64,000 nucleotides of DNA from Camelus dromedarius (GCF_036321535.1 NC_087447.1:51524001-51588000), one strand, 5' to 3'. Positions 1-13,309 are shown, counted from the first letter of the stretch. Made by a program: numbers and translations. The notes: a model not told the origin generated them from the letters alone.

Positions 1-2046
1 TGGCAAGTGTACCTGCGGTACTTCGCTATCAGTTCACATTCTGAGTTTCAACTCTGTCTTCACTTTTAGCCTCTGGGAATTTCCATTTCCTTTTTGCAAG
101 CTCAGCTATACATTTCAAGGGATGTTTATTTTTATCCAGCATTTGTAGGGATTTTGTTTAAGGAAACTTTCCAGATGTTATAGTTTATCCCCTTGTTCTG
201 CACAGTAAGGAGTCATACCTACGTAGTCAGGCCCCATATAAAGAGTCTCAACACACACTCTCTGTTTATGCCTTGGTTTTGAACTGCATGCACTCATTGT
301 TTTGATCCAGACTCCTAGTTGCTTGTTAGCTACCAACCTGGATCTTAACAAAAGGAATATACCTGGATTGGTAAAAGGAGTAGGAGGCTTTGAAGTGACA
401 GAATGAGAGAAGGCTGAGAAATAAGAAGCCATAATGCTTGTGAAGCAAATGTCTCCATTGGATTGTTTCATAAAGTAAAGCTGGAGAGGTGCAAGAGTAG
501 GCAGTGGTAGAGCTGACAGAGTGTTGGCAGAGCTAAGGTTACATTTTATTCGGTGGACAAGGCATAGCCATTTCAGATACTTAAGCAGGAGACTGATGTG
601 ACTGGCAAAGATTATCCAGACTATGGGTTTAAGATATATTGTAGTACCAACTTATGAGTGTGCCACATTGGAGAGATTTTTTTTCTTCAAAAATGGACTT
701 AACACTATATATTATATTTTTCCCATATAAGACTATATTAGTTAATATTACCATTAAGCTCATTTTGTAATCAAGGAAACTTAAGTACAGAGAAGTTATA
801 CAGTTGTTCAAGCACAGAGCTTAGAAAAATCTGAAGTCAAATAGTCAATCCAGGTCATATTCTAACCTTCTTTCCCGTTCCTTTCTACTACATCATGATT
901 TCTCTTATAAACTATAACATTAAAAAATACAAAACTGTAAATGATACTATGTTTCATTTGTTTATAATTTTTTGACATAGTGGGTTTACAATGTTGTGTC
1001 AATTTCTGGTGTACAGCATAATGTCTGTCATACATATACATACATGCATTCCTTTTCATATTCTTTTTCATTATAGTTTAAAATAATTGAAATACTTAGG
1101 TATAAATCTAACATAATATGCAAAGGGTCTGCATTACTAAAACTATAAAACTGATGTGAGAAATCTCAGTAAATGGAGAAATTTTATGCTCATTGATAAA
1201 AAATTATACAAAACTGTGAAGGTACCATTGATGATAATTTGAAAATAAGAAATGTTTGCTGTAATGTTTTTATCTTGTTAAGTTTCATTTGTCAGCAGAA
1301 TACACAAGAAGAAATGTTCTAGAACTAGTTGGAGAAAGAAGAACTGGGAAAGATGAGAGGAAGCTGAAGTGTTGAACTAGAACTCATCTGCGTTGAGGCT
1401 AAAGGACATCAGATTAAAGCTATTAAGCCTCAGAGTCCTCATCTGCAAATGGAATAATAACATTACCCACCTTATAGAGCTGATCTTAGGATTAATGTAC
1501 CGTGCTCAATATGGTGTAGGCACTCAATAAGAGAAGCTGTTATTGTTAAGTTGGTAGTAGTGTAGGTGGAGATCAAACAGCAAATTTGAAAACTATTGAA
1601 GTGAAATTGGCAGGATAAGGTGGTTTCTTAGATTTCGCAAGTAAAGGAGAATTCGAATGTAGATAAGTGGGTATATGGTGGTGCCATTTATTGAGATTGG
1701 GTATATCAAGAGGAGGAACAGATATGTTTGTGTTTGGGGCACAGGTTGGGTAGAGAAAATGATTAATTCTTTTGGAATATGTTGAGCTGAACTTACATTA
1801 GGGCAGCTAGATAGAGATACTTAGTATATATTCAGACTCATAGGTCCAGGCACTGTCATATTTTAGCTAGATAATCTTCCAAGTTATTTAGCCTCTCTGT
1901 ACCTCAGTTTCACCATCATAAAAGGAGAATAATAATATCTGTTTGTCATCAGTTGATACAAGAGTAATACATGGGTTGGGAAGAAAAACTTTAAAAAATG
2001 CATGCCACTTGCTATCATGCAAATTCATTCTTTCCTTTTTCTCTAT

Positions 2047-2192
2047 CAGTATTTCTCAGTGTGATTCATGGATCTCTTGCATCAGAATCACCTAGAGACT
2101 TGTTTAAAATGCATATTCTGTATCTCTCTCACTCCTCCCAACTACTGAATCAGAATCTCTTGTGGGTGGGGCCTGGAAAACAGTGTATTTCA
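2047..2192. mobile_element. MER5-like hAT element
   Basis: gcatcagaatcacct...tactgaatcagaatctct...ggggcctggaa. Confidence 0.7.
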
Positions 2193-2453
2193 TGTGGTTT
2201 CTTTGAATACTAAGTATGTTCATCTTTGTAAAGCATCCACCACAGTGCCTGTCACATAGTAGGTACTTCATTTTTTTAAAGTTAATTTTCTTCTCCTCCT
2301 GAGTTATGTAGCACAATGCCTAGCACATAATACTGCTCTACACTATTCTGCTATAGACTATTAGTCTTTCCCAATGTAACTATAGAAATAACCAAATTAC
2401 TTTTCTATCTACTATTAAAATGACCAAATTACTTCTTTTAAAAGAGGCTTGGT

Positions 2454-2615
2454 GGGGAAGGTATAGCTCAAGTGGTAGAGTGCATGCTTAGCATGCACGA
2501 TGTCCTGGGTTCAATCCCTAGTACCTCCTCCAAAAATAAACAAACCTAATTACCTCCCCACCCCCTGCCAAAATAAAATAATAATACAATAATAAATAAA
2601 TTAAATAACTTTAAA
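2454..2615 (+). mobile_element. tRNA-Ala-derived camelid SINE (Vic-1 type)
   Basis: tRNA head GGGGAAGGTATAGCTCAAGTGGTAGAG...GGTTCAATCCC with A and B boxes, then an AAACCTAATTACC body and AT-rich tail. Degenerate TSD aaaagaggctt/aaaagagtctt. Confidence 0.9.
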
Positions 2616-2804
2616 AAAAGAGTCTTAGACATGACACACTCTGATTTGTACATCAAATCCTGCTTAATAGGCAATCCTTGAGGGGATTAAATGCATAAGA
2701 GTATTTAGGGGATTTCTTATTACTTTGGACTACTACGTTTGTTTATTACATCACCTGATGGAGGTATTATCTCTGGTTATTCTTTATGCTCTAAGTATAC
2801 ATTA

Positions 2805-3173
2805 GTATCATTCAGATATTCTTTTTAATGAACTACCCAAAACTTACTGATGTATAATAAGAATTTATTATCATGCTTGTAGATCTAGCTAGAGCAGCTC
2901 CACTCCAAGCTGCACTTGGCAAGTTGGCTGGGTGGCTCTGCTCTATATGTCTCTTATCCTCCATGGACCAACGAGCTAGCCAGGACCTGATCTTCTCATG
3001 GTGCTAGCTGATGTTCACAAACAGAAGCTCCACTGAGCAAGTACATTTCAAAGCTTTGCTTGCCCTGGGTTCACCAACATCAGTGTTCCACGTCAGCAGG
3101 GCATATAAGTATATTTTGCCCACATTAAGAGGGGAAGAGGAGTAAATATTTGCTGAACAGTCATCCAACTATA
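2805..3173 (-). mobile_element. MaLR LTR (MLT1-like)
   Basis: aactacccaaaactta...atttatta...gagtaaatatttgctgaaca pattern. Confidence 0.6.
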
Positions 3174-5394
3174 AAAATATTCAATCACATGTTGTCCATC
3201 TGCATATGAGTTGTTCCTTGGGCAACTTAAACTGAACACATCCAAAGCTGACTTCATTTTCTTGTCCCTGCCTTCCCACCCCTCAAATATCCAGGTATCT
3301 TCTTGTGTCCCCCATCTCCATTAATGCTGCCACTATCCACATGGTCACCAGAAGAGAACCATCAAAAACAATTTTTATTTCTCCAATATTCTCCACCATA
3401 TCCAGCAAAGTCCAATTGTTGATTTAGCCTCAGCAAGGTCTTTCGCGTTTACTCCCTCCTGGTGCCCAGTTCTCTCGCCTGGACTATGGCATCAATCACG
3501 TACCTGGTCTTCCTGTCTCTTATTCTATCTTTTTCAGGCCTGTCTTCTGTTATAATTTCTAAAAGATAGAACTGGTCATGTCACTGCTCTGCTTAGAAAA
3601 CTTTGAAGGCTTTCCATAGACCTCAAAATTAAGCAAAAACTCCTTAGGATAGTGTTCAGGACCTTTTTTTAAAAAATGATACAGTTCCAAATTTTCTTTT
3701 CAGTGTCATCACCTATATTTCATAACACACATCTGAAGACCTAGCTATTCCATACCAAATGCTTACTCCCTTACAAACCTACCATGATCCTTCATTCTCT
3801 ATACCTTTGCTAAAACCATTTCCTTTACTGGAAATGACCTGCTCCCCTTTGTACCTGTTGAAATCTCATATATCCTTCAGTTCCTAGCTTTTGTTTTATC
3901 TTCTCTATGAAGCACTTCCTGATAGTCCATGTGATAATGAATTGCTTACTCCCTTCTCAGTGTTTCTGTAATACTTTGTGCCTCTATTTCAGCACTTAGT
4001 GCCGCTCACCTGTATTATTCTGAGTGTGTATTTATGTGTTTCCCTCACTAAGTGGTGAACTCCCCAAGGGCAAGAACTGTGCATTAACACAGTGCCTATA
4101 AAGTAGGAACTCAATAAATGTTGGCTGCACTGAATTTTTCATTATAAATGTCGTTAAAAATATTTTTATTTTCTTTGTGACATTCCCTCTGAGGTAGGTT
4201 AATGTTGTGATTCCTTTTTTTATTAGTTTAAAGGATGGAGAGGCAGAATATATAAGTGATTGCAGAATGGAAATATCAAGAAAATTTATTATCTTCAACC
4301 AGTGTCCTTGAAATAATAATTACTACCACCTACTCCCAAACCTCTACCAATCATTAAACAACTACCGTGTGCCTGATTAAATATAGCTTTTCCAAGGTCA
4401 CACCATTAATAAGCTTTGGAACCAAGATTTGAGCCTGAGTCTTACTATAAAGCCCATAGTTTTCTGCTGTTACATACTGTCCTCATTCATTTCTGTCCTA
4501 AAGCAGTAACTGTCTTATTGGATAAGAGTTTTCTATGTGGAAACATGTATAGGTCTTTCATTTATATATCCCTTTGTTGGGCTGAAAGGAGACAAGGAGG
4601 GAGATATGGCAAAAAGTGTAAAATTAAAAGAAAGCCAAACCAATTAGCAGGTTTGGGTAAAGAGAACCAAAGTAAATGTGGAAACTTTACTCCAACGTTT
4701 AATTTTAAGCTATGTTAAACCTACAAAACAACTGTATGAATATGATAAATACCCATATACCCTTCCTTAAAATCCTCAAGTTGTTAATACTTTACCATGT
4801 TTTCTCTCTGTAAACACAACACGCACACTTTTCTCCCAATCATTTAAGCATAAATGACAAATATTTTAGCATTTCTTTCCTAAGAACATGAACATTCTCC
4901 TACATAGCCATAATATCATTATCACAAAAAAAATTATCCTTGATATAATAATATTACCTGTCTTTCAAAATGCCATATCCCCCCAAATGCCCTCTACCTG
5001 TCACTGGTTTTGTGGTTATATTTTAATATATAATACAGGCAATAGGTCTAAAGTGTAACATAATTCTCAGAGACTTGTCCATTTGACCAGACTAAAGGAT
5101 CTTGTGCTCAGGACACTGCTACCTAAGGAAAGATAGATGAGCTGAACTGTCCTGAACCCTTTCTGCTTTTGTATTTGTTTGCTTTTGCTGTGTTTACCAA
5201 TTCACCTTCTAAACCTGGTTGACATGGAAAGCCTATGTTGAACCTCTCCCTCCCTTTTAAAATTTTGAACCTATATAACAAATTGGAAAACATAATAATG
5301 AACACGTGTATACCATCAGCCTAGATTCACCAGTTTTAAATATTCTACCACATTTGCTTTATTTGTCTCTCTGTGGCTTTCTCCTTCCCTCTCT

Positions 5395-6150
5395 CTCACT
5401 TAGAATAATACCCTTTAGGTACATCCATGTTGTTGCAAATGGCAAGATTTCATTCTTTTAGTGTTTTCATTTTCTTTGGAAAAATACCCAGAAGTGGTAT
5501 TGCTGGATTGTATGGTAGTTCTATTTTTTTTTATTTTTGAGGAACATCCATACTATTTTCCATAGTGGCTGTACCAGTTTTTATTCCCACTGACAGTGCA
5601 CAAGAGTTTCCTTTTCTCTACATCCTCGCCAACACTTGTTATTTGTTGTCTTTTTGATAATAGCCATTGTGACAGGTGTGAGTGATATCTCACTGTGGTT
5701 TTGATTTGCATTTCCCTGATGGTTAGCGATGGTGAGCATCTTTTTGGCCATCTCTGTGTCTTTGGAAAAATGTCTATTCAGATTCTCTGCCCAATTTTCA
5801 ATTGAGTTATTGTATTTTTGATGTTGAGTTGTATGAGTTCTTTGTATATTTTAGATATAACCTCTTAATAGATATATCATTTTCAAATATTCTCTCCCAT
5901 TCAGTAGGCTGCCTTTTGGTTTTGTTGTTATTTCCTTCATTGTGCAAAAGCTTTTTAGTTTGATGTAGCTATGTTTGTTTATTTTTGCTTGTTTCCCTTG
6001 CCTGAGGAAACATACGAAAAACTGTTGCTATGACTAATGTAATAGAGCATACTGCCTATGTTTTCGCCTAGGGTTTTTATGGTTTCAGGTCTTAAATTTA
6101 AGTCCTTAATCCATTTTGAATTTATTTTTGTGCATAGTGTGAGAAAGTAG
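5395..6150 (-). mobile_element. L1 fragment (ORF2 C-terminus/3' UTR)
   Basis: Typical antisense L1 motifs: ttttgatttgcatttccctgat, aagctttttagtttgatgtag. Confidence 0.9.
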
Positions 6151-6816
6151 GGACTACATCAAATTCAAAAGCTTCTTCACAGTAAAGAGAACAATCACAA
6201 TAATGAAAAAGCAATCTAGGGAACATGAGAAAATATTTGCAAACCATTTATCTGAGAAGGGGTTAGTATCCTTGCACAAGGAACTCCTACAACTTGATAG
6301 CAGAAAAACAAGACAAAACGAAACAAACAAAAAACCCCAATTAAGAATGGGCAAAAGACTTGAAAAATTATTTCTCCAAAGAAGACATATATGTGGTCAC
6401 CAGGAATATGAAAAGGTGCTCAACATCACTAACCATCAGGGAAATGCAAATCAAATCCACAGTGAAATATGTCACATCTGTCGAGATGGGCTATTAAAAA
6501 ACAAACAAACAAAAAGATAGGTGTTGGTGAGGATGTGGAGAAATTGGAACCCTTGTACACTGTTGCTGGGAATGTAAAATGATTCCACTACTATGGAAAA
6601 TAGTTTGGGGATGCTTCAAAAAATTGAAATCACCATATTATCCAGCAATTGTACTTCTGGGGTGGATATATGCAAAAGAATTAAAACCAAGGTCTTGAGG
6701 AGGTATTTATATTCCTCTATTCATTACAGCATTATTTACAGTTGCCAATATATGGAAGCAACGTAAGTGTCCATCAACAGATGAATGGATAAAGAAGATG
6801 TGTATATGCACGCATG

Positions 6817-6855
<39 letters not shown>

Positions 6856-7216
6856 ACTATGCAGCATAAAAAAATGAAATTTTGTCATTTGCATCAATGT
6901 AGATGGACTTGGAGGGTATTATGCTAAGTGAAATAAGACAGAGAAAGACAAATACTATATGATATCACATACATGTGAAATCTAAAAAATAAAACAAACT
7001 AGCAAATGTAACAAAAAAGAAACAAGACTGACAGATATAGAGGACAAGCTAGTGGTTACCAGCAGTGAGACAGGTAGGGGATTAAGAGGTACAAGATGCA
7101 TAAGCTACAAGGATATACAATACAACACAGGGAATATAGTCAATATTTTATAAAAACTATAAATAGAACATAACCTTTAAAAATTGTGAATCACTATGTT
7201 GTACACCTGAAACTTA
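6151..7216 (+). mobile_element. L1 3' fragment with an internal (CA)n
   Basis: ORF2 remnant EKIFANHLSEKGL and motif gggaaatgcaaatcaaa. The 3' UTR ends at tgtacacctgaaactta. Confidence 0.9.
6798..6850. repeat. Alternating purine-pyrimidine tract ending in (CA)n
   Basis: atgtgtatatgcacgcatgcgcgcg followed by (ca)14. Confidence 0.95.
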
Positions 7217-7304
7217 TCTTTATAGACATTTTATATTTAGAACATATTCCCACTTAGGTATACAATCAGAATATTATGTTAAAAAATTTACTTCAGTTAT
7301 CTTT

Positions 7305-7367
7305 GTTGTTGTTGTTGTTAACATGTTTTTTATTGAGTTATAGTCATTTTACAATGTTGTGTCAAAT
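7305..7367 (-). mobile_element. Ultra-short L1 3' end with (AAC)n tail
   Basis: Perfect 13-bp TSD TTCAGTTATCTTT at 7292-7304 and 7368-7380. Confidence 0.85.
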
Positions 7368-8334
7368 TTCAGTTATCTTTATATTATCAGTTTGATACAC
7401 AGTTGGGTTCATTTGTTTTCTGTTGGCATATAGTTTTAAGTGTCTCCCTCTTTCTCTTATTGTTGATATACTTTTTTAATATATAAAACATTTACATAGT
7501 TCAGAAGTCAGAACTATTTAACAAGGTACATTTAGAAAAGCCTCACTCCCTTCCCTAATTTTTCCATCCCATACCTACTTCACTCTAATAAGTAACTATT
7601 TTTATTAGTTTTTGGTTCATTCTCTCTTTTTTTTTAAATAAACAAATACACACACATACATATGCACACATCCACAAACATATTTTTTTCTTATAGCCCC
7701 CTTTTCTTTACATAGAAGGTAGCATAACTTTCTCCTTTTTTTCTTTTTCATTTAACAATATATACTTAAAATCAAAATGTCCATTCATAAGAGACATTCC
7801 TTTTTATTTTATACAGCTACTGAGTAATCCACTGTGTGAGTGTAATGTTGTTTATTCGGTGTATCCTTTGGATAAGCACTTAAATTGCTTCCAATATTTT
7901 GCTCTTTAAAAAAATACTACAATGAATAACTTTGTGCGTTTATATTTTTTGTATTTTTAGATGTATCTTTGCAGTAAATTGTTAGAATGAGGATTGCTGG
8001 TTAACGTATAGGTGTAAAAATGTAGATCTTTTAGATATTACTAAATTCCCCTTTTATAGCACTTATACTATGTTTTAGTATTACTAACAATTTATGAGAA
8101 GGTCAATTTTGGAATGTAGAAATGATTAAATTTGTTAGTAAAAAAGGAATAGCATTCCTTACTGCTTTCTTTATTCAAGTCAATATTGAAAAACAGAATA
8201 GAAGATGGGAGCTCCCAAGAATGAAAGGACTTTAGTGATTTTTCAGACTCTTTCAGAAACCTCTCTTGAAGCTCAATCTAACATCCAAAAATCATTTTAG
8301 TATGTACCATTATCATTCAGTATTTTAAAATATA

Positions 8335-8554
8335 GAGCTGACCTTAAACAACGTAGGGGTTGGAGTGCTGACCTTTCCTGCAGTTGAAAGTCTGCTTATA
8401 ACTTCTGACTACACAGTTTCTCCACATCTTCAATTCTGTGTCTGAGGAGTCAACCAAATGCAGATCATGGAGTACTGTAGTATTTACTATTCAAAAAAGT
8501 CCACATGTAAATGGACTGGTGCAGTTCAAAGTTGTGTTGTTCAAGGGTCAACTA
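8335..8554. mobile_element. Tigger2/MER8-like MITE
   Basis: Inverted termini gagctgaccttaaacaac and gttgttcaagggtcaact. Confidence 0.7.
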
Positions 8555-9539
8555 TGTAAGGATTACTTACTGGGTGCCAGGCATTGTCCTAAAGATAAAT
8601 TACCTGTCTTTGACTTCAAGGAGTTTTATGGGAGAATTAGGCAAAGAGACAACTGTGATAAGTGCTATTATATGTGAACCAAAACAGGTACAAAAGGAAC
8701 GGACTGCCTGGGTGAGTTAAGAGGAGTATTCTCAGAAGGTGTGATCTTTGACCTGATTCTTAAAAGGAATGTTTCCCAGGTAAACTAGAGAACTAGCTTA
8801 CAGGCCAGGAAAATAAATGCATAGACAGAAGGGTGGGGGAAATGCTAGAGCAGATTCACAGGGAGGGCTCTTCAATTGGTCATCAATACCTACAAAACAT
8901 TTATTTCTATAGAGGACTCCGATATCACATTGGTGGTTGAGGTTAGATGGACATGTAAGGCCCTTCCATGCCTTAGATTCAATCACTTTGATTATTGAGG
9001 CTAGTATGGTAGACTTGTGTCTTTTTTCGGGGATTAAATGTTAAAGTCAGCACTTAAGATTAAAATTGCTTATAGTCCAAATACTTTAAGAAGATCCTTA
9101 CATATTAGAACACACCAGTTATCTTCAAATAGAGGACCAGAAAAGTAGTTGCCTTGCATTTGGGGGTCCATGTTGTATGAAAAATGCATTTTGTAGTTTT
9201 GAACACTAGAAACACAGAGAGACAAAAGGTTCACACTGGCAGCAGCAACAATGAAATTGAGATGGAAGTAATAGTAGATGCATGTCTGCTGTCTCATGCT
9301 CAGCCCAGGGCATATGCTCTTTGAGTAGAATGGCTGAATTATCCTCACTATTCCAGCAGTTCTCTCTCTTTTCTGAAAACATAGTTGAATTCCCATAGGT
9401 AAGTATCCCTATATTACAGCTCCTCTGTATATGTTCTGCACATAAGACATGGTCCCTTATACTGATGTAGTACAGTTATCTCCCTGGTATCCATTCTACC
9501 CCAAATGATTTGTCTAACCAAATAGCTCAGGAACAGGTA

Positions 9540-9989
9540 TGTGGATTATTTAGGGTAAAGGCCAAGCTGCTATTGAGGAAATCCCCAAATCCAGAAGATA
9601 GAAATGTATTTCTCTCTCTCTCTCATATACTAGTGTGGCCAGTCTAAGCTGGGGGCAGGAGGGACAGCAGGGGACCCAGGTTTTTCCTGTGTTGGTCTAC
9701 AATCTTCTAGAGCATTTGAATGATGGGAACTGATTGTAGCCTTGCCTGAGTTCTAACCACGAAATGAAGGGGAATGAGAAGAAAAGTTCACGCCCGTTGT
9801 TTTAGGGCCCAAACCCAGCTGTCGGATCATTCCCTCTGTTCACATTTCATTGTGTTTTATTCTGTTGATAGCATAGTTATGTGGCCACACCCTGCTTGCA
9901 ACAGAGAAAACATTCTCTAGCTGGGCAGCCACATGCACCTGAAAAGGGGCAGAATGGATGCTGAAAGAACAGCTAGCAGTCTGCCACTA
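9540..9989 (-). mobile_element. MaLR LTR (MLT1-like)
   Basis: aagatagaaatgtatttctctc...tagttatgtggccacacc...gctagcagtctgccac. Confidence 0.6.
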
Positions 9990-12900
9990 TGAGATGTGAG
10001 GGCAAGTCTAATAATGGACTTTTGGATAGATTTCCACTCCTCTCAAGTAATAAAAAGCACATTACTAGACCACACATGTTTTTAATATTTTGATTATTTT
10101 ATTTACATAAAATCTGTTGCTTTTGCAATCTGGTATATTTTATATTATACATTTTAAAACTTTATTCTGAGAAGGGGGCCATAAGCTTCACCAGATTACC
10201 AGAGCAACCTGTGGCATAAAAAAGAAGCCTCTGCCCTGGGAGCAGTAGGAAGATCACTTAAGGGACTATTAATTCAGGCAAGTGATAATAAGTATGTGAC
10301 CCAGGCAGCATCCACAGGGGACAGAGTCCAGAGATCCTTTAACCTTCACTCAGAATCTGCTTTTATCAGCAACACAGCCAGATAACAGCATTGCTAGTAA
10401 CATTTATGCTCATTTCATTTCAGCAGAAGGAAATGCTTCCTTGAAAGTATAATTTAGGAACGTCTTATTTTCGAATTTAACATAAGATAGGGGGAAATGT
10501 CCAAGCCATATAGGATGCCAACTTGTTGTTTAGCCATTAGCTGGACATTTTCCCACAATTAATAGCTTTCCTCCGAGAGAAAACAATAAACTTTTACGAC
10601 CTCACATCGACATGTTATGGAAAGCTCTTAAAGAAGATGAACAGAATCAGACACTCACTAAGGACAGAGAGCCTTAGAGGTTTGCCCTGAGGGACTGGAA
10701 GAAGCAGAGGAGGAGCTGGTGGCAGGCTGAGGACATGTCAGAGGGCCACTGCTCCAATCATAGGCCTCTGCACAAGGCAGTGAGCAGTCGCCCACCAAGG
10801 CCCGGATCCACAGGCTGCAGTAATCTTTCAGTGCTCTGTATGTGACACCTAGGGCCTGCAGTTAGCACACAGCAGCCAAATTCATCACTTCAGTTCCACT
10901 GATCCGGCAACCCTGATGGGCTGTGGCTGTCTCCAGTCTCTGAATCTCCAGAGGATTATGGTTTTGCACTCTAGTGTGAACTTTCCCTTCATTTTGAGCA
11001 GTGTCCTTGTTTCCTTATACTAGAATGTGAGCTCTTAACAGTCTAGGGATCATGGTGCTTTTCAAAGTAGATACTATTCTTTGTTAAAAGAAGGAATCAT
11101 TCAGTATTTCAGATAAATGCATTTACTTAAAGCAGAGGAAGCTCTCCAACTCTGATTTGTGATTCAGTTAAATATTTACCTTGGTCATTGCCCCAGAAAA
11201 AAAAAGTTAAGTTCTTATATCATAACTGTTCAGCTCAGGGTGGTTCTAGGATTGGTCATAGAGCTGTGGAACTAAAAAGGGTATCTAATCCGATCCTCTT
11301 AGATTCTTTAAGAACCAATTATTGCAATCAAGTGAAAAAAAATCCTACTTTGTTTTGCCTTTTAAAAATGTAAGAACCTAAATTACTTTAGAGATAAAGA
11401 ATCTAATCTCCCCCAATCTCTTCTGATTTTTGTGGAGAACAGGGAAAGGTAGAAGCAGAGATACTCTTCAGAGCCACCCTGGCACTAGCTCTGCATCCTC
11501 TCCCACAATGAAAATGCACTATTGCTGCCGATCAGTTTTGTTCACTCTTGGACATTCCCTTCAGTGTAAGCTCATATAACTTAGTGTAAATTCCTTAGGA
11601 AGATGCTGGTGAGGTAAGTTAGAATATAAAAAGATGTGAGCAATTGGGTTTGCTATCAGCTGTGGAACACTCACTGAGTGAAGAGTGTCAGCAGTAGTTG
11701 CACACCCCACAGGGAATCAAGGGACATGGAGAAAGCCAGCAGAGAAGTGCTGCATCTGCTCCTGCGTTATGTAGCCACCTGGCTTCTACTAAGCCTTGTT
11801 CCTTTGGCTAAATAAATCAGGAAGCAGTGAGTACATATGTGTGCCTATACTGGTCTCTTCCTGCTAATTTATAACCTGCCTCTACTATACTTTTTTTTTT
11901 AAAAAACTTTATTTTAAAATTTCAGACTTACAGAAAAGTTACAAGAATGTTAGAAAGAATTCTCATTCCCCCCAGATTCAAATGTTAAGTTTATCATATT
12001 TTATCATCCTCTTCTTTGATACTTTTTTCTGAACTATTGTAGATATTCTACCCTTTACGCCTAAATACCTGTGTGTATTTCCCAAAACAGCAAGGACATT
12101 CCCTTACAACACAGTGATGAAAATCAGGAAATTAACATTGATACGATACTATTATCTAACATACAGGCCTTATTAATACTTTTCAAATTGACCTAATACA
12201 CGTTATATTTACTTGTCATATTAATAGAATCATACAGTATATAGTCTTTTGAGACTTGCTTTTTACACTCAGCATAATACATTTTACATTCATCCAGGAT
12301 GTGTATCAGTAATTTGTCCCTTTTTATTGCTATGTAGTATTCCATTGTTAGGTTATATCACAATCTGTTTACCCGTTTGCCAGCTGATGAACATATGGGT
12401 TGTTTCCAGTTTCAGACTACTACAAATAAAGCTGCTATAGATGATTATTTAACATTGCTATATGAATATGTACAAAAGTTGTTAAAAGACTAAATCTTAG
12501 GAGTTCTCACCACAAGGAAAAAATGGTTTATTTTCTTTTATATCTATATGAGATGATGCATGTTAACTACTTATTGTGGTAATCATTTCATGGTATATGT
12601 AAGTCAAATCATATGCTGTACACCTTAAGCTTATACAGTGCTATATGTCAATTATATCCATAAGCCTGGAGGAAGGTCTAGAGTAGGAGATGCTGCTTCT
12701 GAGTTTAGGAAACAAGAGTAAATAAAAAGCTGCTGTGAACATTCATGTGCAGATTTTTGTGTGAATGTGAGTTTTTGTTTCTTTAGGAAAAACTTAGGAT
12801 GTGATTGCTGAATCACATAAATACATGTTTATAAGAAAATGCCAAACTGTTTTCCAGATAGAACATGAAGAAAGTGATACGCAGTGAGACTCGTGAGGAG

Positions 12901-13309
12901 CTGGGAACTTACAGACCATCTTAAGGAGTCTAGCAGTTATTATAAAGGCATGAGAAGCCACTGAATGCTGTTAAGCAGAGGCTGAATTTAATGGATTTGT
13001 GTTTTGCAAAGATCCCTCTAGCTACAATTTGAAGAATGGATAATTGGAAAGGCCTAAAGTGGTTTTATGGAGGCCACTTAGAAAGTTACTGTAATAGGCT
13101 AGGTAAGTAATAGCAGCTTAGACCAGGGTAGTGGCAGTAGAGATGGAGAGAAATGGACAGGTCCAAGAGATAACAAGGAAGTAAACATCTGGCTAATACT
13201 CATGTCCAATCTTTTGGGGAAAATGTTAACTATTTCAACATTACACTTGATGTTTAGCTGTAGATTTTTAATGTCCTTTATCTAAAGAAGGTTCCCTTAA
13301 GTTTATTTT

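Noticed and set aside
2454..2530. tRNA-Ala(AGC) gene (also at 16468, 26826, 34190)
   Set aside because: Each copy runs into a shared SINE body and A-rich tail, mostly with TSDs, and has mismatched stems. These are SINEs, not tRNA genes.
6203..6520. ORFs with L1 ORF2 similarity (also 42658-42894)
   Set aside because: Frameshifted remnants of truncated L1 copies, not genes.
5395..7216. Single L1 with a twin-priming 5' inversion
   Set aside because: The two arms overlap the same L1 interval extensively and are diverged from each other.
9070..9396. 108-aa minus-strand ORF
   Set aside because: No recognisable homology or supporting gene structure.
10620..10950. Possible processed pseudogene in a GC-richer stretch
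   Set aside because: The frames I translated on both strands gave no recognisable protein, and there is no poly(A) tail or TSD.
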